From sequence record OQ031493.1: DNA of 64,000 nucleotides, one strand, 5' to 3'. Shown here one piece after another: positions 47,056 through 57,020 of this stretch. Position numbers and translations under genes: made by a program. Under the pieces are notes generated by a model, which was given only the letters and a program-made list of their open reading frames with translations, was not told where the DNA came from and did no database searches. Position 1 is the first letter of the stretch; every line of letters starts with the position of its first letter.

Positions 47056-47550
47056 ATGTCAAATAAAGCTAAAGAACCAACTCTAACTAAAGAACAGGAA
47101 AAGACTCTACGTCTATTTGAACGTGCAGTTGGAGCATCAGCTGCCGCAGCTGATCATATTCTTAACCGTGATGGTTGGGATGTTGTCAATGTACTAGCAG
47201 GTTCCGTAGGTAAACGTATTCTACAAACTGAAGTATTCATTAATCCAGTTATCAATAAGATCAATGAAATCATTCCGACGTTATCTGATCCTACTGGATT
47301 CCAAAAGAACCTACAAACAGTTATTGCTGACCTTAATCGACTAACTAAAATTATCAGTGTCCTATATGCACAACATCAAGGTAAGGCTGGTCCAGCAAAT
47401 AATGAAGATGAACTAAAACTCATCAGTGAACTTGTTACTAAATACACTGGTATTGAAGGTGCTATTGAACGCGGTATTGATGGTGTAATCCTAGCGATGA
47501 TCGGCACTCTTCGAGAAGCTGGTTGGGACGAAAAACTAATTCAACAATAA
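47056..47550 (+). CDS. Hypothetical protein (gp78 position)
   Basis: 164 aa, GGAG RBS. Confidence 0.75.
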   Translation: MSNKAKEPTLTKEQEKTLRLFERAVGASAAAADHILNRDGWDVVNVLAGSVGKRILQTEVFINPVINKINEIIPTLSDPTGFQKNLQTVIADLNRLTKIISVLYAQHQGKAGPANNEDELKLISELVTKYTGIEGAIERGIDGVILAMIGTLREAGWDEKLIQQ

Positions 47551-47561
47551 TGGAGTTTTAA

Positions 47562-49163
47562 ATGGCTACTGCTGACTTCGATAATGAGTACGATGATACT
47601 CCAGAAGAGAATCTACTAGATCAAATTGATGAGATCAATGCGCAACACGATCCTGACTCTAGTATTGAAAATAATGACGAGGTGGAAACTCCACCTTTCG
47701 TTCCTGATCAAAAAGAAATTAAACTACGTATTCCACGTAATGCTAAAACTGGAAATATTCGGGATGCTTCTGAACCGGCTATTAAAGACAGTGCTAGCAT
47801 TCTTACTTTGCTACGTGAGAACCCCCAGACTGTTTATGATTTCCTGGATCACAATAAAGAACTATTTAAAGCATTTGCTGATAATAAAGTAGATGACACT
47901 AGTGATGGTGTAAAGTGGACAGCTGCTATTCTGGAGGGCTTAGCTCACTCTATTGTTGAAGATGCACCAATCGGTGCAACTGCCCGAGAAGGCTCTGAAT
48001 GGTCTAGTGAAATTCCTTATGGTGAAAAGATCATTCGACCTGGACGACCTGTATTTAATACCAGTGGTCGTAAAATGACCGATGATGAAACTCTAGTTTT
48101 CCTAACACGTAAAGCTAACATCGGTACGCCATATGATACTTTCCTACCTCATTCAGGTATTTGGGTAAAACTACGTGCACCTACTGGTACTGAAGTAGCT
48201 GCCCTACAAGCACGTCTAGCACAATTAAAGATCCGGCTAGGCGCTGAATCAAAAGGTATGCTGTTCTCAAACATGGCAGCTGTGTTACTTAACATGGTTA
48301 GTAGTTTAGCACTTGCATGTGTTATTCAATCCAACTATAAGTTCAACACCCCAACTGATCTAGAGCATGTTATCTCAGTAGCTGATGAGCCGTTCTTGCA
48401 TCACGCACTAGCGGCGACTATGTATCCAGATGGATTTAATTATAGTTATCCATGCATTGCAGATGCCAATACATGTAACCATATTGAAACAGCGAAACTT
48501 AATATGTCAACGCTTGTTCAATATGATCTACTGGCATTCTCAGAAGAACAAAAGAAATATATTGCACGTAAGTTTAATGCATGTACTGAATCTGATCTTA
48601 AGACTTATAAAGAAGGATTCCGTATTGAAACTCAAGTAACTGAAATGTTTGGTGACGTTGGTGTTGTTCTTGAGATGTGTACAATTGCTGATCGCCGAGA
48701 GTCTGGTGATAGTTGGATTAACTCAATTATCGATATGACTCAAGGTAGTTTTAATGAACCAGTCGATGGTCCGCAACGTTCTCAGTATATTGCACGTTTA
48801 CAAAAGATCTCTATTGCCCGTCAGTTCTCACATTTTGTTAAAGAAATTAAAGTACGTGAAGATGACGATGGTGAAAGTTCTGAAGACAATATTCGTACTG
48901 CAACCACTAATCGTGAAACTATTGAAAAGTTCTTAACTAATATTCTATCCACACCGGAATATAATGACCGCTTTATTAATGCGGTGAGTAACTTCATTGA
49001 TTCACAACTAATTGGAATGATTGCAATTACAAGTTGGAATTGTCCAGTATGTGAGTCACCTGCCGCTACTAAATTTAAAGAACGTTTCCCACACTTAATC
49101 CCTATTGACATGCTGTCAACTTTTTTTACTTTGGCGGCCTCGAAGTCAAACCGGATGGTGTAG
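47562..49163 (+). CDS. Baseplate-hub/tail assembly chaperone-like protein, T4 gp26-like (gp77 ortholog)
   Basis: 533 aa; YPC-x6-CNH and WNCPVC zinc-ligand pairs; ends in a slippery T7 run. Confidence 0.6.
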   Translation: MATADFDNEYDDTPEENLLDQIDEINAQHDPDSSIENNDEVETPPFVPDQKEIKLRIPRNAKTGNIRDASEPAIKDSASILTLLRENPQTVYDFLDHNKELFKAFADNKVDDTSDGVKWTAAILEGLAHSIVEDAPIGATAREGSEWSSEIPYGEKIIRPGRPVFNTSGRKMTDDETLVFLTRKANIGTPYDTFLPHSGIWVKLRAPTGTEVAALQARLAQLKIRLGAESKGMLFSNMAAVLLNMVSSLALACVIQSNYKFNTPTDLEHVISVADEPFLHHALAATMYPDGFNYSYPCIADANTCNHIETAKLNMSTLVQYDLLAFSEEQKKYIARKFNACTESDLKTYKEGFRIETQVTEMFGDVGVVLEMCTIADRRESGDSWINSIIDMTQGSFNEPVDGPQRSQYIARLQKISIARQFSHFVKEIKVREDDDGESSEDNIRTATTNRETIEKFLTNILSTPEYNDRFINAVSNFIDSQLIGMIAITSWNCPVCESPAATKFKERFPHLIPIDMLSTFFTLAASKSNRMV

Positions 49164-49195
49164 TTAATGATCTGAGATATAGTCGTCTTGAGGCC
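49121..49195 (+). other. Candidate -1 frameshift element: U UUU UUU heptamer plus downstream stem
   Basis: T7 at 49121-49127 in the correct frame; 8-nt spacer; GGCCTCGA (49136-43) pairs with TTGAGGCC (49188-95). Confidence 0.7.
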
Positions 49196-49624
49196 ACTTT
49201 CAAGGAAGATAGTGGTCACATCCTACATCCAAACTTTGGTTATGATAAGTTAACTGAAGATGATACACACTTAGATAGACTATTATCGACAGTAGGGGCA
49301 GTAAGACCGTCTACAGCAGCACGTTTAACAAGAGAAGCATATCTACTTGATTACGATATCGGTTCACCAGAAAACGGACCCATGTGGTTAAATAAGGTAA
49401 ATCCTAAAGAGGACTTTATCGAAGGTGGGTTGAGAAGGAGACTGACTAGAGATTTCTTCAAGTATAAAGTAGGTAGCTTATCTAATATGTCATTAACTGA
49501 ATTCTTTGAATTAGCTTATTCTGAGGTAGAATACATAATTGAATTATGTAGAAATATTACCCATAATGAAGCTGTTAATAACAATAACCAGTTAAATGAA
49601 TTAAACAAGCCGTTAACTAAATAA
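49121..49624 (+). CDS. -1 frame extension of gp77-like gene (T4 gp51/gpT-like segment; includes ORF 49382..49624)
   Basis: Frame open from 49109 (after TGA 49106-08) to 49624 with first ATG only at 49382; C-terminal SLTEFFELAYSEVEYIIEL recalls gp51/tail-chaperone T domains. Confidence 0.7.
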   Translation, partial: FFYFGGLEVKPDGVVNDLRYSRLEATFKEDSGHILHPNFGYDKLTEDDTHLDRLLSTVGAVRPSTAARLTREAYLLDYDIGSPENGPMWLNKVNPKEDFIEGGLRRRLTRDFFKYKVGSLSNMSLTEFFELAYSEVEYIIELCRNITHNEAVNNNNQLNELNKPLTK

Positions 49625-49642
49625 AAAAAAAATAAAGACAGG

Positions 49643-49664
49643 CCCCTCTCCATGTGGAGAGGGG
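49643..49664. terminator. Bidirectional hairpin terminator
   Basis: CCCCTCTCCA-TG-TGGAGAGGGG then TTTATG, between convergent genes. Confidence 0.8.
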
Positions 49665-49675
49665 TTTATGTCGCC

Positions 49676-49819
49676 TTACTTACGTGCAAAGCTAGCTACA
49701 AGACCTTTGATAGCTAGAGCGACCATCCAGGCCGTTAACCCCTTCATTGGGCGGATATCAACCCGTTCTTCGATATCCAGATTGCCCTCACTATTGATTA
49801 CCTCAATTCGTACTTGCAT
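49676..49819 (-). CDS. 47-aa protein with hydrophobic C-terminal helix (below ORF-track cutoff)
   Basis: AAGGAG RBS; MQVRIEVINSEGNLDIEERVDIRPMKGLTAWMVALAIKGLVASFARK. Confidence 0.7.
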   Translation of the reverse strand: MQVRIEVINSEGNLDIEERVDIRPMKGLTAWMVALAIKGLVASFARK

Positions 49820-49914
49820 GGTCTACTCCTTATCAGGGTGGGATATGATATTCAAAAGTCTTTTGATATAAAGATGGCATATTACCCCACCAATAAAAGG
49901 CGGGGTAATATTTA

Positions 49915-50109
49915 TTAAACCATCAGATATCCTAATGGGAATAAAGCAAAGAAGCCATATAAAACAACAAGCAGTGTCTTTTGGCGAACATACCGGGATT
50001 TAATACTATCTTTATCTAAGTCAAACTTGACATAAAGATAAATCTGATAACTTTTATATCCCATACTAGCCACAAGGGCTATTACTATAAGTTGACACAA
50101 AAAGACCAT
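49915..50109 (-). CDS. Small two-TM membrane protein
   Basis: 64 aa, two hydrophobic segments. Confidence 0.65.
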   Translation of the reverse strand: MVFLCQLIVIALVASMGYKSYQIYLYVKFDLDKDSIKSRYVRQKTLLVVLYGFFALFPLGYLMV

Positions 50110-50164
50110 AGTGGGATGCTCTTATTATTAGAGAACAATGATCAATTGTTCTTACATAGCATGT

Positions 50165-50356
50165 CTATTTAATATGCATGATTATCATATTAAATAACCA
50201 CAACCCTAACATAAGGGTAAACATACTGCAAATCAAGCCACTTACAATCATTGCTTTTTGTTTGATTGTTTTAGCAGCAGCAAGAAATATAATTGAAGTT
50301 ATTAATCCACTAAATGCAATTAATAGTGGTACTAAAAATAACAATACCCGAGCCAT
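50165..50356 (-). CDS. Small two-TM membrane protein
   Basis: 63 aa, GAGGTG RBS, two hydrophobic segments separated by KTIKQK. Confidence 0.72.
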   Translation of the reverse strand: MARVLLFLVPLLIAFSGLITSIIFLAAAKTIKQKAMIVSGLICSMFTLMLGLWLFNMIIMHIK

Positions 50357-50368
50357 ATAGACACCTCA

Positions 50369-50641
50369 TCAAAATAGATAAGTTGTACATGTCAGTGAAT
50401 AGTTAGTCCAGCAACTAACAATAGTACTTACCCATATGGTAACTAATACAATGCTTACGGAGAGAAAAAGCATAGCGTACTGGCATGCACTTTTATTAAA
50501 GATATCTTTAAACTCAAGATATGTTTTAATAATAAATATCAGCATGCATGTTAGAAGAATATCAACTAAGATCAAAGTACTGACTAGAAGCCATGTTGCA
50601 CCAAAGATCTGATCAACTGTATACATTATTTCCACTCCCAT
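50369..50641 (-). CDS. Small two-TM membrane protein
   Basis: 90 aa (start may be MYTVDQ, GGAG RBS), two hydrophobic segments. Confidence 0.7.
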   Translation of the reverse strand: MGVEIMYTVDQIFGATWLLVSTLILVDILLTCMLIFIIKTYLEFKDIFNKSACQYAMLFLSVSIVLVTIWVSTIVSCWTNYSLTCTTYLF

Positions 50642-50720
50642 AGTTTATAAGCTATAACTACAATTGTAATCATAATCAATTTTTTCTTCATTGTAAATAC
50701 CCTATAGTTTTATCACATTT

Positions 50721-50738
50721 GTGATATACTGTTTAAAA
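50721..50738 (-). promoter_or_regulatory. Early promoter variant
   Basis: Minus strand TTTTAAACAGTATATCAC, one mismatch to TATATTAC, same AAACAG spacer as 12995 and 14183. Confidence 0.7.
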
Positions 50739-50771
50739 TGCTTTAAATACAAAAAATAAAAAAAAAGCATA

Positions 50772-50795
50772 ATCCCTCCCAACTAAGGGAGGGAT
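50772..50795. terminator. Hairpin terminator
   Basis: ATCCCTCCC-AACTAA-GGGAGGGAT flanked by GCATA and CATTTATG. Confidence 0.8.
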
Positions 50796-50810
50796 CATTT
50801 ATGCCATTTA

Positions 50811-52349
50811 CTATAAACGCATCATGCGCATACTTTTAGTTTTACCCATGAAATGATTTTCTTTATTTCTAGCGTATCTGCAATGATGAGGTATGTTATT
50901 ACAAACCATGAATGTTAACCTTGGTATTACATCAGGCCAGTTCTTCAATGGTCTTAGTCGTCCAAGAATTTGGATGCTGTCCTTTTTAGAGTCAGTTGCT
51001 TGTAATAGAATAACTTCCCTTAAATTCCTAATATCAACACCAGTACCAGATGATTTAATAGTTGATACAGTGATATCATTAGTCATTAATCTATCATACG
51101 GACTACCCGAAACATGTCTATTAATCTGAAGATCTGGATATTGTTTCTTAAGATAAGCTGTCAGTACATCGATAAAGTTTACAGTCGCGCATAATAGCAA
51201 ACATTTCTGACCTTCAATACGATCCTTTATATAAACGCCATCTACAATACGTTTAACCATCTTTAAATAGAAGTCTAGTCGCCTAGGATTCTTCATCATT
51301 ACTGTTTCATAACGAGCATGGTTATATGTATTTTTAAATGGAGTTAAATAGTCCTTAGGTTTAATAGTTGGTTCACTATATAACAAGCCAATAACATTGA
51401 TGTATGAGTCATATGCAGGTAACCTACACTTTGTAGTGGCAGGTAGCATGACATCAATCATTTTAGTAACAAACTGATTACCAGTGTATGGAGTAGCTGA
51501 TAAATAGATTTGTTTATTGACATTGGTATATAGATCAGTACGAAATACTAATCCTGGATCTTCTTGAATCTCATCATTGATCTGCCAACCTGCTCCAATA
51601 ACCTCATGGAATCTAGGTGGTGGTACATTAAATCCAACTACATCGATTTTTTCACCTAATCGTTCAAAAGTATCGATATATGCACGGTATGTTGTAGAAC
51701 TAATGAGAATAATTTCAACACCCTCTAAATCATTCTCTAGTCCGCGATTAATTAGATTCTGTAACTCAGCAGATCCAGATACTTTTAAATATTTTATACC
51801 TAGCTGATCTTCATAACCAACAAATGTTTCTTTTAATGCTTTCTCCCAAATACCGAAATATTTAGGTGGAATCATAACAACACCACGTTCTTTCATTACT
51901 GCAACTGAAGCTAAACTAGTTAAGGTTTTACCTTTACCAGTCTGTAAATCAACACGTGCTGAATGTAAATGTGGTCTTAGAATATCTTCGCGGATGGTTT
52001 CCTGATAATCCCTTAGAACATAATGTTCAAATAAAGTATAGTCTACTTTAACAGCTGTTGGTACAGGAATATCTACAATTTCAATTCTAGTAGATGGTAT
52101 ATTCTTATCGGCTAGATAATTAATAAGTTCTTGAAGACATTCACGATGGATGAATACAGATTTACCATCTTCTGTTTCACCATAATATTTTTTCTTTATT
52201 TCCATTATGGTGCGTTGACCAGGTATCTTCTTAGGTTCTTTTAAAACCAGTTTATTAAGATATCCAGTCATCTTTAAGTATGTTTCCCGATCGTAACCGG
52301 ATAAACGAACACCATGGGTGTATCGTTCTGCTGTAAGAATCGGTTTCAT
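50811..52349 (-). CDS. SF2 (UvsW-like) helicase (gp75 ortholog)
   Basis: Start moved to MKPILTAE; LRDYQ, QTGKGKT, DEIQ, LSATP, QILGRLR motifs. Confidence 0.88.
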   Translation of the reverse strand: MKPILTAERYTHGVRLSGYDRETYLKMTGYLNKLVLKEPKKIPGQRTIMEIKKKYYGETEDGKSVFIHRECLQELINYLADKNIPSTRIEIVDIPVPTAVKVDYTLFEHYVLRDYQETIREDILRPHLHSARVDLQTGKGKTLTSLASVAVMKERGVVMIPPKYFGIWEKALKETFVGYEDQLGIKYLKVSGSAELQNLINRGLENDLEGVEIILISSTTYRAYIDTFERLGEKIDVVGFNVPPPRFHEVIGAGWQINDEIQEDPGLVFRTDLYTNVNKQIYLSATPYTGNQFVTKMIDVMLPATTKCRLPAYDSYINVIGLLYSEPTIKPKDYLTPFKNTYNHARYETVMMKNPRRLDFYLKMVKRIVDGVYIKDRIEGQKCLLLCATVNFIDVLTAYLKKQYPDLQINRHVSGSPYDRLMTNDITVSTIKSSGTGVDIRNLREVILLQATDSKKDSIQILGRLRPLKNWPDVIPRLTFMVCNNIPHHCRYARNKENHFMGKTKSMRMMRL

Positions 52350-52370
52350 AAAAAAATCAACGATCGGTAA

Positions 52371-52387
52371 GGGGAGCAGTGCTCCCC
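52371..52387. terminator. Hairpin between gp74 and gp75
   Basis: GGGGAGC-AGT-GCTCCCC. Confidence 0.55.
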
Positions 52388-52407
52388 AAACCTCACGTCC
52401 TCCACGT

Positions 52408-54441
52408 CTATCGCAGTTTACCACCTTTAACTAGTAAGTCATATGGATGGTCATTCCTCATCTTGTTAAGGAAACTGCCTGGGTTATTTAGTGGCTCATG
52501 CTGCTTTTCGAAAGCCATCGCACCACCTAAACTACGACATTGCATTAGCCTATTATATTTTTCAAATTGGCCATTAATACCGGGTTTAGGTAAGCGATAG
52601 TCTCGATATTGAGCTGAACGGATCATCATAGCGTATATCAAGATCTCACAATGGGAAATATTAAGGCTAATCTTTTCATTAGCCATTGTTGCAAATACAG
52701 GTAGTGCTTCAATTGGTGACTTGTAGTTTTTAAGATACGTTTTAGACGTATATCCAACTTTCTCAGTGCTTAGTTTACCTGCCTCGGCTGAGTCACTACC
52801 GGAATGTAAGAAACTTTGGAATCGTTTCATTACTTCATACATGTTTACGTGCTTATTTGGTAGCGTTAAGAATGGTAGGTTAAAATCAAAACCACGAAGA
52901 CTAATGACGATATTGTCTCGCTGATCTAGTTCCCAACGGACCATCTTAATATGCTTTAGCATTTCAATAGATAGACTAGCCCTACGGTTATACAGCGACA
53001 CAGTCAGAACATCACCACATTCACCATTCACCTCATCATCATAGACTAGGGCCAGGCTGGTTAGTTCAGTAGCTGAAGTAGCTGGATATGCAGTAAGGTC
53101 ATCAATCATTAAAATGTCAGCAAGGTTTTCTGCCTCTGACCGTGCGATTACTAAACGATAATCCTTCTGAGTAAGTTCTTTCTTTAGATATAGTGTCTCT
53201 GGGATTTCACCTGTTCTTAAATAATTACTTTCAATTTTGCCAAGTTTATATTGTTCTACAGCAGAAGACGCATCGGTGTGTTTAGTAGACAATACTGCTG
53301 AAGTAATTTTGTCACCCATCGATACGGCAGCAACCTGACCGATATTAGTTCCTTTTGGAATATTGATACCTAGTCGGCCATAACAAGTCATACAGATACC
53401 CTGACTATCTGGATGATTACATCCAAATACAGACCTGAATTTCTGTTTAGTTCCAATTAGGTGTGTTTCATTTCCACGGATCCAGTCTAGTTTACCATCT
53501 TCTTTTTGATAATATTTTCCTTTGAATGCTTTTAAAGTTAACTTAGTTACAGGATACTCAGCTAAGATTGTGGTCTTACAATCACCAGGATGTAGCCTTT
53601 GGACATATTGTGCAATAAGCTGAGATTTCCGGTTAAAGTATTCAGTTACTCGCAGTAGTTCTTTGTTATATAGTAGCGCTTTAGTACCTGAACGAGATTC
53701 AATCATATTCTCATACAGATTCCAAATACCATCAATATAACCAGTTGTTACCGGATATTTAAAGATATCTGAGTTAATGTCAGTTGGAAAGCCCCGCCAA
53801 GCAAATGCTTGTAGAAGCTGTTCAGTTTTCTGAGTACCAGAACGAAGACCTTCAATGATGCTGTTACCAATGAATTGGGTAGGATCATTAAATACTTCTT
53901 TGACTTTACCATAACTAATTTTTTCGATACCATAAGTAGTTGGTTCGATATTATGGTTAGCCTCACGTACCTTGGGATGATTATATACTTCAGCAATATC
54001 AAACATCGACAAGGTTGCTAGATATTCAGATAGTTTCACAGTGGTCTGATTATACAGCCAGTTCTTACCTTCAATAGCCAGTTTAGATAGTACTTCAGGA
54101 TCTACTGTTTCACCTGACCAATCATAGATGTTCCAAATAGCCTTATTTAAATGCTTAACCATGGCCTTAGATGTTACTCGGCCACCTTCAACATTTAGAT
54201 AATCTTTAGGGTTATCAGTTAAGATGCGATTGAAATCGATATGGTGATCAGATGGAATTGGGCAATCTTTATAATGTTTAAGAGGATACCAACACAGAAC
54301 GGATAATTTGGTAATACGGTCAACTGACACAACCGTTTTACCATCATCAAATTCGATTAGATGCCATTCTGAAGGGAGTGACCATAAATCATCATAACTT
54401 AGATTTAGAAGATCACGCGCTTTATAACGATTAAGATTCAT
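52408..54441 (-). CDS. Non-virion RNA polymerase beta-prime C-terminal subunit (gp74 ortholog)
   Basis: 677 aa; ESRSGTKAL, DC..C..CMTCYG zinc site, NIGQVAAVSMGDKITSAVLSTKH. Confidence 0.92.
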   Translation of the reverse strand: MNLNRYKARDLLNLSYDDLWSLPSEWHLIEFDDGKTVVSVDRITKLSVLCWYPLKHYKDCPIPSDHHIDFNRILTDNPKDYLNVEGGRVTSKAMVKHLNKAIWNIYDWSGETVDPEVLSKLAIEGKNWLYNQTTVKLSEYLATLSMFDIAEVYNHPKVREANHNIEPTTYGIEKISYGKVKEVFNDPTQFIGNSIIEGLRSGTQKTEQLLQAFAWRGFPTDINSDIFKYPVTTGYIDGIWNLYENMIESRSGTKALLYNKELLRVTEYFNRKSQLIAQYVQRLHPGDCKTTILAEYPVTKLTLKAFKGKYYQKEDGKLDWIRGNETHLIGTKQKFRSVFGCNHPDSQGICMTCYGRLGINIPKGTNIGQVAAVSMGDKITSAVLSTKHTDASSAVEQYKLGKIESNYLRTGEIPETLYLKKELTQKDYRLVIARSEAENLADILMIDDLTAYPATSATELTSLALVYDDEVNGECGDVLTVSLYNRRASLSIEMLKHIKMVRWELDQRDNIVISLRGFDFNLPFLTLPNKHVNMYEVMKRFQSFLHSGSDSAEAGKLSTEKVGYTSKTYLKNYKSPIEALPVFATMANEKISLNISHCEILIYAMMIRSAQYRDYRLPKPGINGQFEKYNRLMQCRSLGGAMAFEKQHEPLNNPGSFLNKMRNDHPYDLLVKGGKLR

Positions 54442-54471
54442 TATTTACCTCTTGTATTATTAAACCCCTGA

Positions 54472-55395
54472 TCAATGATCAGGGGCATATTCTAATGCAA
54501 TACCACTACATTCAAGCAGGTGATCAAACATAGCTACTGGGCGAGATCCACCAAATGGAATCTTTTCACGATCAACTGCAACTGGTACAGATGAAGGTTT
54601 TTCTGCTGTTAGCCAAGACTCGATAACCGCAGCATGCGCCAATGGGTTATTAGTTTGGTCTAAGATTTCAGCAGTCGGACCTGGACCAACTGTACAGTTA
54701 TATGACCGAGTTTCAGATTCACCGAATGACCGGATAGCTGTTTCTCGACCAGGTGTGCTAGCCCTATCAGCATTGTTTAACTTAGAAGGTAGACCAAATG
54801 GTTGTGTTTTTACAGATGCTGCTGCTGACCAGTCTTCACCAATCTTTTCTAGTAGCATCATGTAAAGTGGACCCATTAAGACATTATCTTTAGTTGTTAC
54901 CCACTTACCAGCTTGATCTCGATAAGATACCTTCCCATAGTGTGGTCGATACTTATCGCTATTAATTAATTTGTTGACTGCTGCCATTAGATCCACTGGA
55001 TCATCAACTGGTGCGTAGATATATGGGAATCCATCCATTAGTACTGTTTTAACATGTTCTGCTGGATTTGGGTGTTCCATCATTTTACTATGCATTGTTG
55101 GAGCAATGATCTCATAGAAACCTAATAGTTCTTTAAATGCATAATCAACCCATTGCGTATTACCCATTACACTATTTAGTTGTTGCTGAGTTGGTTTGGC
55201 ATGTCGATCTAGTCCAGCTTCAACGCGTAGGCGTTGAGCTAGATCTCGTGCAGCTGCGCCAAAACCATGTTCATAAATTCGACCATAATTTGAACGACGC
55301 ATGGTTGAACCACCAAAGATAATTAGATCTGCCCTATTACCATTTTCGTCAATAGGCATATCTTCATCTTCCATTACCTTACAGATGACGCCCTT
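54472..55395 (-). CDS. nvRNAP beta C-terminal subunit, exon 2 (gp73 part of gp71-73)
   Basis: KGVICKVMEDEDMP...DLI, GPLYMMLLEK, RSFGESE, matching the RpoB C-terminal motifs. Confidence 0.92.
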   Translation of the reverse strand, partial: KGVICKVMEDEDMPIDENGNRADLIIFGGSTMRRSNYGRIYEHGFGAAARDLAQRLRVEAGLDRHAKPTQQQLNSVMGNTQWVDYAFKELLGFYEIIAPTMHSKMMEHPNPAEHVKTVLMDGFPYIYAPVDDPVDLMAAVNKLINSDKYRPHYGKVSYRDQAGKWVTTKDNVLMGPLYMMLLEKIGEDWSAAASVKTQPFGLPSKLNNADRASTPGRETAIRSFGESETRSYNCTVGPGPTAEILDQTNNPLAHAAVIESWLTAEKPSSVPVAVDREKIPFGGSRPVAMFDHLLECSGIALEYAPDH

Positions 55396-55702
55396 CGTTA
55401 TGTTCAGGTAAGTTCGCTACGCTTACCCCGCCTCTCGTATTGCAGGCAGCTGCATGTCACCATGCAGACCAGACTATATCTTAACCTTCACCCTAGGTGG
55501 TCAGGTCCCTCCCATTTCCACTCGCTTGAGTGTACTCCGCGTAACCGGATAGTCGTTGAACGTTCAATCCATTTCTGGAAAGCTTCGCTGCTGATTGTCT
55601 CATTGAGATGTCCCAGCAATTAGAGAGGATTTACTTGACTCTTTCGAGATCAAGCAGGCAATTTGACAATATCCATTCCTGAGAGATGGATGGATATTAA
55701 TT
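55396..55702 (-). ncRNA. Group I self-splicing intron (IA2-like, 307 nt, no homing endonuclease)
   Basis: 5-prime splice after U (GGTGGT/AAT), terminal G (TAACG/AAG); P AATTGCTGGGA, Q AATCAGCAG, R GTTCAACGACTAT (55549-61), S AAGATATAGTCT (55471-82); splicing restores TDFHGG-KGVICKV, homologous to RpoB GRHGNKGVISK. Confidence 0.93.
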
Positions 55703-56881
55703 ACCACCATGAAAATCAGTCATCTTGAAAGCACCAGCAGGCATCTTTTGGGCTTTGTAAGTTACCTCAACACGCCATTCATCTAGTGGGTCTAGTCGAT
55801 AGAATCGAGATAGTTTACGGACATTATCAGGTTGAGGTAGGAACATCTGTGCGGTTACAATAAGACGTTCAAATTCCTCAGTGATATGTAGATCATCTTT
55901 ACGACGTGCTAATAGACCACGATAGATCTTTAATAGTTCTCGATAATAACTGCTAAGATGAGTATGATATTTAACTAGTTGTGCATCCATTCCTGTTGGA
56001 GTAGGGGATGGATTTACACGCTCATCACGCCAAATATCAATATCAATAACCTTCGCACCAGGTGTGCCAATAACAGCTCTATCGAAAGTTCTATCTAGTG
56101 TACGAAGTGCCCTAGGAGTCATCTCGGCAGGAGCTAGATCATCATCATGGTCACGGATGGCGAAGATTACACCATCTGGTCGGATAACATCGCCAATGTC
56201 TGGGAATGGTTTATAGACCTTATCATCGCCATACATGTTTAAGAAGAAAGCTTTCCTACCAGCATTAGCTACAGCCGTGCTATAACTAGTTGGCATCATC
56301 CTTTTAAGGAAATTCTTATTAGCTACGAATCCATCTTCAATGGTACCAGCGGCAGATAGGAATACAACATTAGCATTAACACCCATCCCTAAAGTACCGT
56401 CTTTCTTAACTGCACCAGACTGTGCAATCACTGTGTCTTTAGAGAACATTTCATTTGGGGCAATGGTTTCCCACACTTCTCGATTCTTTACAAGTTCATA
56501 ACCAAAGTCTTGGTGATGACTCATGTACTCGGGAACATGTAAGACACCAATGGTTTTATATTTGTCAAAATAGTTTTCGTAGATAATGGTTGTTACCGGG
56601 TTAGATCTAATACTGTCTTTACCAATACCCGTTGGATATTTTCTAAGAACATGTAGTACACGACAATCCTCAGGAAAACGAATATCATGTGTATACTTGG
56701 CATACTCTAATTCAGCACCCGTTAGGAAATAACGCGATTCATTTCCATTTACTTCTGGTGCCTGGCCAATATGTGTTACAAACATAGCACCCCGTGCAGA
56801 TGAGGTAGTGCCATACCAAGGATCTAAACCAGTATGCCCTAATAGGGTTAGATCAATTTCACGTTTACCTAGTTCAGCCAT
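55703..56881 (-). CDS. nvRNAP beta C-terminal subunit, exon 1 (gp71 part of gp71-73)
   Basis: SSARGAMFVTHIGQA, EDGFV, ends KMTDFHGG; from MAELGK the spliced product is 700 aa. Confidence 0.92.
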
Positions 56882-57020
56882 TTTGTTTATCACCATTAAT
56901 TAGACAAGATGCAGTACTACTATATTTCTTATTTGCGCTGTTTTTAGATATAGCCTTTTGTAAGACTTCAATGTCTGGTATCACCAATCTCATACCTCCT
57001 GTTTACTAATTACAAATCAA

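Noticed and set aside
48821-49219. 132-aa minus-strand ORF across the frameshift site
   Set aside because: Antisense to gp77-like gene, no RBS or recognisable features
52350-52424. N-terminal extensions in the ORF track (helicase, 8962, 9441, 11581, 12053, 14105, 62083)
   Set aside because: They run through hairpins or upstream genes; downstream ATGs have better RBS or context
55374-55374. Treating 54472..55374 and 55697..56896 as two independent genes
   Set aside because: The break falls inside an invariant RpoB motif and is bridged by a complete group I intron
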